The notes under the pieces are model-generated. The model was not told where the DNA came from, ran no database searches, and was given only the letters and a program-made list of their open reading frames with translations. A program made the translations under genes and the position numbers. From Methanomassiliicoccaceae archaeon (lineage in GTDB: Archaea > Thermoplasmatota > Thermoplasmata > Methanomassiliicoccales > UBA472), in contig CAWBKY010000007.1 in the NCBI GenBank assembly GCA_963789555.1, forward strand, positions 101,999 through 165,998: a DNA stretch of 64,000 nucleotides, written 5' to 3'. This document shows positions 60,465 to 64,000 of the stretch, in pieces (positions within the stretch are counted from its first letter, which is position 1; the number at the start of each line of letters is the position of its first letter).

Positions 60465-60653
60465 ATGAGCATCAGGATCGAGGACAACGACTGCCAGTTC
60501 TGTGGCAAGAAGGCCAAACAGTTCTGCTTCGCCGCCTTCATCTGCGAGAGCCAAGAATGCGTGGACAAGGCCCGCGAAGAGCGAGGTGGTCCCGGCGGCC
60601 ACATGAAGAAGAAGGCGCATCCGGAGCCCATCGTGTTCGACGAAGACGGATGA
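60465..60653 (+). CDS. small Cys-rich (putative zinc-binding) protein, 62 aa
   Basis: MSIRIEDNDCQFCGKKAKQFCFAAFICESQECVDKAREERGG... has 5 Cys in 23 residues and strongly GC3-biased codons like bona fide genes. It is antisense to the gap between hdrD-like and hdrC. No family recognised. Confidence 0.45.
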   Translation: MSIRIEDNDCQFCGKKAKQFCFAAFICESQECVDKAREERGGPGGHMKKKAHPEPIVFDEDG

Positions 60654-60656
60654 GCA

Positions 60657-61784
60657 TCATTTCTGGAGACGGGAGGCGGCGAGCGAGAAGAGGTCCACCA
60701 GCTCGATCCTCGGCCGGCCCACATACGTACCCATCTCCTTCTGTGCGCAGCTCAGGTGGATGAGGCATTTCGGACAGGCGGTCACCAGCCTTTCAGCCCC
60801 GGTGGACCGCGCCTCCTCCAACCTGGTGAGCTGCCATGACTTGGTGACGCGGTCGCATTGGGCGAAGCAGGTGCTGCCGCAACAGGCGGAGCTTGCCCCG
60901 CTCCGCCCCATCTCCACGAGCTCACCCATGCCCTCGATGAGCGTCCTCGGCGCCGAATAGATGCCTGAACCCCTGCCCAGGCGGCATGGGTCCTGGTAGG
61001 TGAGCCTCTCCGTCGAACTAGAAAGTTCCAGGCGTCCTTCCCGCAGCGCCGCCTCCAACAATTGGCTCAGGTGCACCACCTCGAAGCCCAGGTCGCCGAA
61101 CCTTTCCTGGTACACCCGGCCGATGGTATGATGGCATTCCGGGCAATAGGTGACGATGGTACGCACCCCGCTCTTTCGGATGGCACAGAGGTTCTGCTGG
61201 GCCAATCGATCGAAGGTCTCCATCTCTCCCAGCCAATAGGCGTCGTGGCCACAGCAGCGCTCCTCAGGGATCAACCTGGGCTTGATGCCGATGGCGTTGA
61301 GCAGTCTCACCGCCGACCGTGGCATGTCCGGAAGGTCGGGTTGGAAATCACGGAAAACGACGTCCAGCACAGGAACGCACCCTACGAACAACGCCACCTC
61401 GGACCGTTCGTCGAACTGAAGGTCCGGAGCGGTCCAGCTGTGCCTATGCCCATGGCCTTTGCCGGCGGCGTCCAGGTCTCGGATGGCGGACACGATACCA
61501 GCATGGGTGCGTATCGGCGCGTCTATGCCATTGCGCTCCACCCGCACCTCGCGCATGAAGCGGTGGAAGTCCACCCCCTGCGGGCATATCGTTGTGCATG
61601 CGGCGCAACCCATGCAGGACCAGAGGTCCAGACCCTCCGACCCACCTCGATCGGCGAACTCCTCCATGAACTTGCGCGGCGAGAAACGCCTCGCACCATG
61701 CGCCGCCGGACAGGAATAGGTGCAATGGCCACAGGAGATGCAGTCATAGGCCCGGTAGCGTCTGGCCGCCTCAAGGCTGGTCAC
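60657..61784 (-). CDS. hdrD: HdrD-like Fe-S protein (2x[4Fe-4S] ferredoxin domain fused to two CCG domains; GlpC/LutA relatives)
   Basis: CISCGHCTYSCP and CMGCAACTTICP, then VGCVP...EERCCGHD and YQDPCRLGR...SACCGS...ACPKC. Confidence 0.75.
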   Translation of the reverse strand: MTSLEAARRYRAYDCISCGHCTYSCPAAHGARRFSPRKFMEEFADRGGSEGLDLWSCMGCAACTTICPQGVDFHRFMREVRVERNGIDAPIRTHAGIVSAIRDLDAAGKGHGHRHSWTAPDLQFDERSEVALFVGCVPVLDVVFRDFQPDLPDMPRSAVRLLNAIGIKPRLIPEERCCGHDAYWLGEMETFDRLAQQNLCAIRKSGVRTIVTYCPECHHTIGRVYQERFGDLGFEVVHLSQLLEAALREGRLELSSSTERLTYQDPCRLGRGSGIYSAPRTLIEGMGELVEMGRSGASSACCGSTCFAQCDRVTKSWQLTRLEEARSTGAERLVTACPKCLIHLSCAQKEMGTYVGRPRIELVDLFSLAASRLQK

Positions 61785-62190
61785 AGCCCACCTCCGGCAG
61801 CGGCCCTAGGGAACGGACGAGCTCGACGAACTCCCGGCAGGTGCTGGCGAAGAGGGCACCCTCGCCGGCCGAGATCCAACGCAACAACAACCTCTCCCTG
61901 CCAATGCCCAAGCGTTCCAGGATGTCTCCGGTGTCGGCGATCCGCTGCCTGGCGCGCTCGTTGCCTTTGAAGTAATGACAGTCGCCGATGTGGCAGCCCA
62001 GGACCATGACGCCGTCTGCCCCGTTGCGGAAGCAGCGCAGGACATAGCTGGGCTCGACCCGCCCGGAGCACATCACACGCACCACCTTGACATTGGGCGG
62101 GTACTGGAAACGGCTCACCCCGGCCAGGTCGGCCCCGGCGTAGGCGCACCAGTTGCAACAGAAGGCCACCACGCTCGGCTCCCAGGTCAT
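61771..62190 (-). CDS. mvhD: methyl-viologen-reducing hydrogenase delta subunit family protein (MvhD)
   Basis: VVAFCCNWCAYAGADLAG...VRVMCSGRVEPSYVLRCFRNGADGVMVLGCHIGDCHY. I chose ATG 62190 (GGAGG 9 nt upstream). The ORF opens at 62298. 14-nt overlap with the hdrD-like gene. Confidence 0.8.
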   Translation of the reverse strand: MTWEPSVVAFCCNWCAYAGADLAGVSRFQYPPNVKVVRVMCSGRVEPSYVLRCFRNGADGVMVLGCHIGDCHYFKGNERARQRIADTGDILERLGIGRERLLLRWISAGEGALFASTCREFVELVRSLGPLPEVGCDQP

Positions 62191-62331
62191 CACCGTTTCC
62201 TCCAGCCCAGCGCTTGGATGGGCCTCCACCTCCCCACCGGGCCGCCTTGACATAGACTTTTCGATGACGCTCGGACCGGACGCTGCGTTCGGGGGCAAGT
62301 ATTATTTCCCGCCTGCTAGACTACCTCTCCG

Positions 62332-63039
62332 ATGCCCCTGCGAATCGTCGGGTTCAATCGCACCTCCTTATTGGATTGGGATGGGAAGGTGGTCGCCACC
62401 GTCTACCTCCAGGGCTGCAACTGGCGCTGCGGTTTCTGTCACAACGTCGAGCTGGTGCAGCCCACTTCCAGCCTGGAGGAGGTGCCGTTCCCTGTCATCG
62501 AGGAATACGTGCACAGCAACAGTGAGTTCCTGGACGGGGTGGTGATCACCGGGGGTGAGCCTACCTTGCATGAGGAACTTCCCGATCTGATCCGCAGGTT
62601 CCGGAAGATGGGGATGAAGGTCAAGCTGGATACCAATGGCTCCCGACCAGAGATGCTCTCCGACCTGATCGGCTCGGGTTCCCTGGACTTCGTGGCCATG
62701 GACATCAAGGCCCCCTTGAACGAGAAGTACTCCGAGCTCGCCAGGGTCGATGTGGACCTGGCTGCGGTCAAGCGCTCGATAGCCCTGATCATGGACCATA
62801 TGCGCGATTACGAGTTCAGGACCACCGTGGTGCCTTTCTACCTCGATACGAAGGACATCGAGGCCATCGCCTCGTTCATAGGCGGGGCGAAGAAGTATGC
62901 CCTGCACCAGTTCGGGAACAGGAGCACCCTGGACCCGCGACTCGGCGTGATGGAACCTTATCCGGACGCCAAGGTGATGGAGATGGCGGAGCGGGCCAAA
63001 CCGTACGTTCGTAAGGTGGTCGTGAGGGGGACCAGCTGA
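62332..63039 (+). CDS. radical SAM activating enzyme (NrdG/PflA-activase family)
   Basis: SLLDWDGKVVATVYLQGCNWRCGFCHN (CX3CX2C), ITGGEPTL, KLDTNGS. No glycyl-radical enzyme partner in the window. Confidence 0.75.
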   Translation: MPLRIVGFNRTSLLDWDGKVVATVYLQGCNWRCGFCHNVELVQPTSSLEEVPFPVIEEYVHSNSEFLDGVVITGGEPTLHEELPDLIRRFRKMGMKVKLDTNGSRPEMLSDLIGSGSLDFVAMDIKAPLNEKYSELARVDVDLAAVKRSIALIMDHMRDYEFRTTVVPFYLDTKDIEAIASFIGGAKKYALHQFGNRSTLDPRLGVMEPYPDAKVMEMAERAKPYVRKVVVRGTS

Positions 63040-63138
63040 CCTGATTCCGTTTTTGGGTAATGTGGTGGACATGCTTTAATACCCTGCAACCGCTCCGAAG
63101 AGTGTCAATCTACCCAAGGTCCTGAGCACTGGACAGGA

Positions 63139-63861
63139 GTGGGGGCAATGACCAACGGCCAAAGACAAAAGACATACATCGAAGGCTTCGACAGGATCAT
63201 GGAAGGGGGCGTGCCAGAAGGCCATCTGGTATTGGTGGCAGGGACGCCAGGCACTATGAAGTCCTCGCTTTGCTATTATATGCTCTACAACCACGCCCTG
63301 GAGTCCGGCATGACCTCGGTCTATGTCACCCTGGAGCAGTCCCGGGACAGCCTGCTCAAGCAGATGGAGAAGATGGGCATGCACACCGATCAGGTGAAGG
63401 ACAAGGTCCACGTGCTTGACATGGGCATCATCCGTCGCAAGCTGAAGGAGGTGCAGGGAGGTTCGTCCTGGTTGCACGTCTTCAAGTCCTACATGGCCAA
63501 CCTCAAGGACAACCTTGCATACAAGGTGTTGGTGATCGACTCCCTCGAGGTCCTGGAGACCATGGCCGAGGTGACGAACCGCCGCACCGAGCTCTTCTAC
63601 CTTTTCGAGTGGCTCCGGGACCTAGGGGCGACGGTGCTATTGATATCCGAATCGTCCACGGACCGCATCATGGACGGGCGGTTCGATGAGGGCTACCTCT
63701 CCGATGGCATCATAACGCTGAAGATGCAGGTCATCAGAGATGTGGAGACCCAGAGGCGCATCCGATGCGTCAAGATGAGGGAGACCAACCACGACCCCTC
63801 CTACTATTCATTGCTATACAACAATGGCAAGTTCCAAGTGACGCGCGTGATAAGCGAGTGA
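63139..63861 (+). CDS. KaiC/RAD55-like RecA-superfamily ATPase with atypical Walker A
   Basis: TYIEGFDRIMEGGVPEGHLVLVAGTPGTMKSSLC. The P-loop reads GTPGTMKS, with Met where GxxxxGK[ST] needs Gly. Also VLVIDSLE (Walker B-like) and LLISE. Confidence 0.65.
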   Translation: MGAMTNGQRQKTYIEGFDRIMEGGVPEGHLVLVAGTPGTMKSSLCYYMLYNHALESGMTSVYVTLEQSRDSLLKQMEKMGMHTDQVKDKVHVLDMGIIRRKLKEVQGGSSWLHVFKSYMANLKDNLAYKVLVIDSLEVLETMAEVTNRRTELFYLFEWLRDLGATVLLISESSTDRIMDGRFDEGYLSDGIITLKMQVIRDVETQRRIRCVKMRETNHDPSYYSLLYNNGKFQVTRVISE

Positions 63862-64000
63862 TGCCCATGGCATGGAAGTACGAGTGCCCCAGGTGCGGTT
63901 CCGCCATCAAACCCGGCGACGAGCAGTGCGACCGATGCGGCGAGGAGATGGTCCGCCAGGACGTAAAGACAGTGGACCGTACCAAGGTCAAACCGTTCAC
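63861..64000 (+). CDS. zinc-ribbon protein, 5' part only (runs off the window)
   Basis: My translation: MPMAWKYECPRCGSAIKPGDEQCDRCGEEMVRQDVKTVDRTKVKPF. The ATG overlaps the TGA of the KaiC-like gene by 1 nt (TGATG). Confidence 0.4.
   Translation, partial: MPMAWKYECPRCGSAIKPGDEQCDRCGEEMVRQDVKTVDRTKVKPF

Overview
High-GC archaeal chromosomal segment (about 60% GC by eye, strongly GC3-biased codons) with about 65 protein genes and one tRNA-Lys(CUU). I saw no rRNA, CRISPR array, transposase or integrase. Core archaeal genes: thermosome, PAN, PCNA, GINS-like subunit, TFS, MBF1, GPN-loop GTPase, Trm5-like methyltransferase, PolX, pantoate kinase plus CoaBC. Metabolic genes: an R15P-isomerase/type III RuBisCO/AMP-phosphorylase operon, split transketolase plus transaldolase, GdhA, NadC. 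Methanogen-type redox genes: hdrC-hdrB, an mvhD/hdrD-like pair and an MtaA/MtbA-type methyltransferase. A bacterial-type grpE-dnaK-dnaJ operon is also present. This fits a methanogen-like euryarchaeon of the Thermoplasmata/Methanomassiliicoccales type, but that is inference, not verified. Points worth a second look: (1) at least 40 reading-frame breaks in otherwise well-conserved genes, often at short homopolymers and about half of them within 5.35-9.2 kb. Many annotations below are therefore stitched across frames, and assembly indel error cannot be separated from real decay using sequence alone. (2) A visibly lower-GC block beside the tRNA-Lys carrying a Cys-type sulfatase, its radical-SAM maturase, a 10-11x FN3 surface protein and a ~1 kb AT-rich gap. 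(3) A tail-to-tail junction near 22,855 where PAN and a convergent zinc-ribbon gene both lack their 3' ends. (4) An mvhD/hdrD-like overlapping pair and hdrCB with no hdrA in the window. (5) An orphan MT2 methyltransferase whose promoter carries a perfect 12-nt direct repeat. No recognisable defence or mobile system was found.
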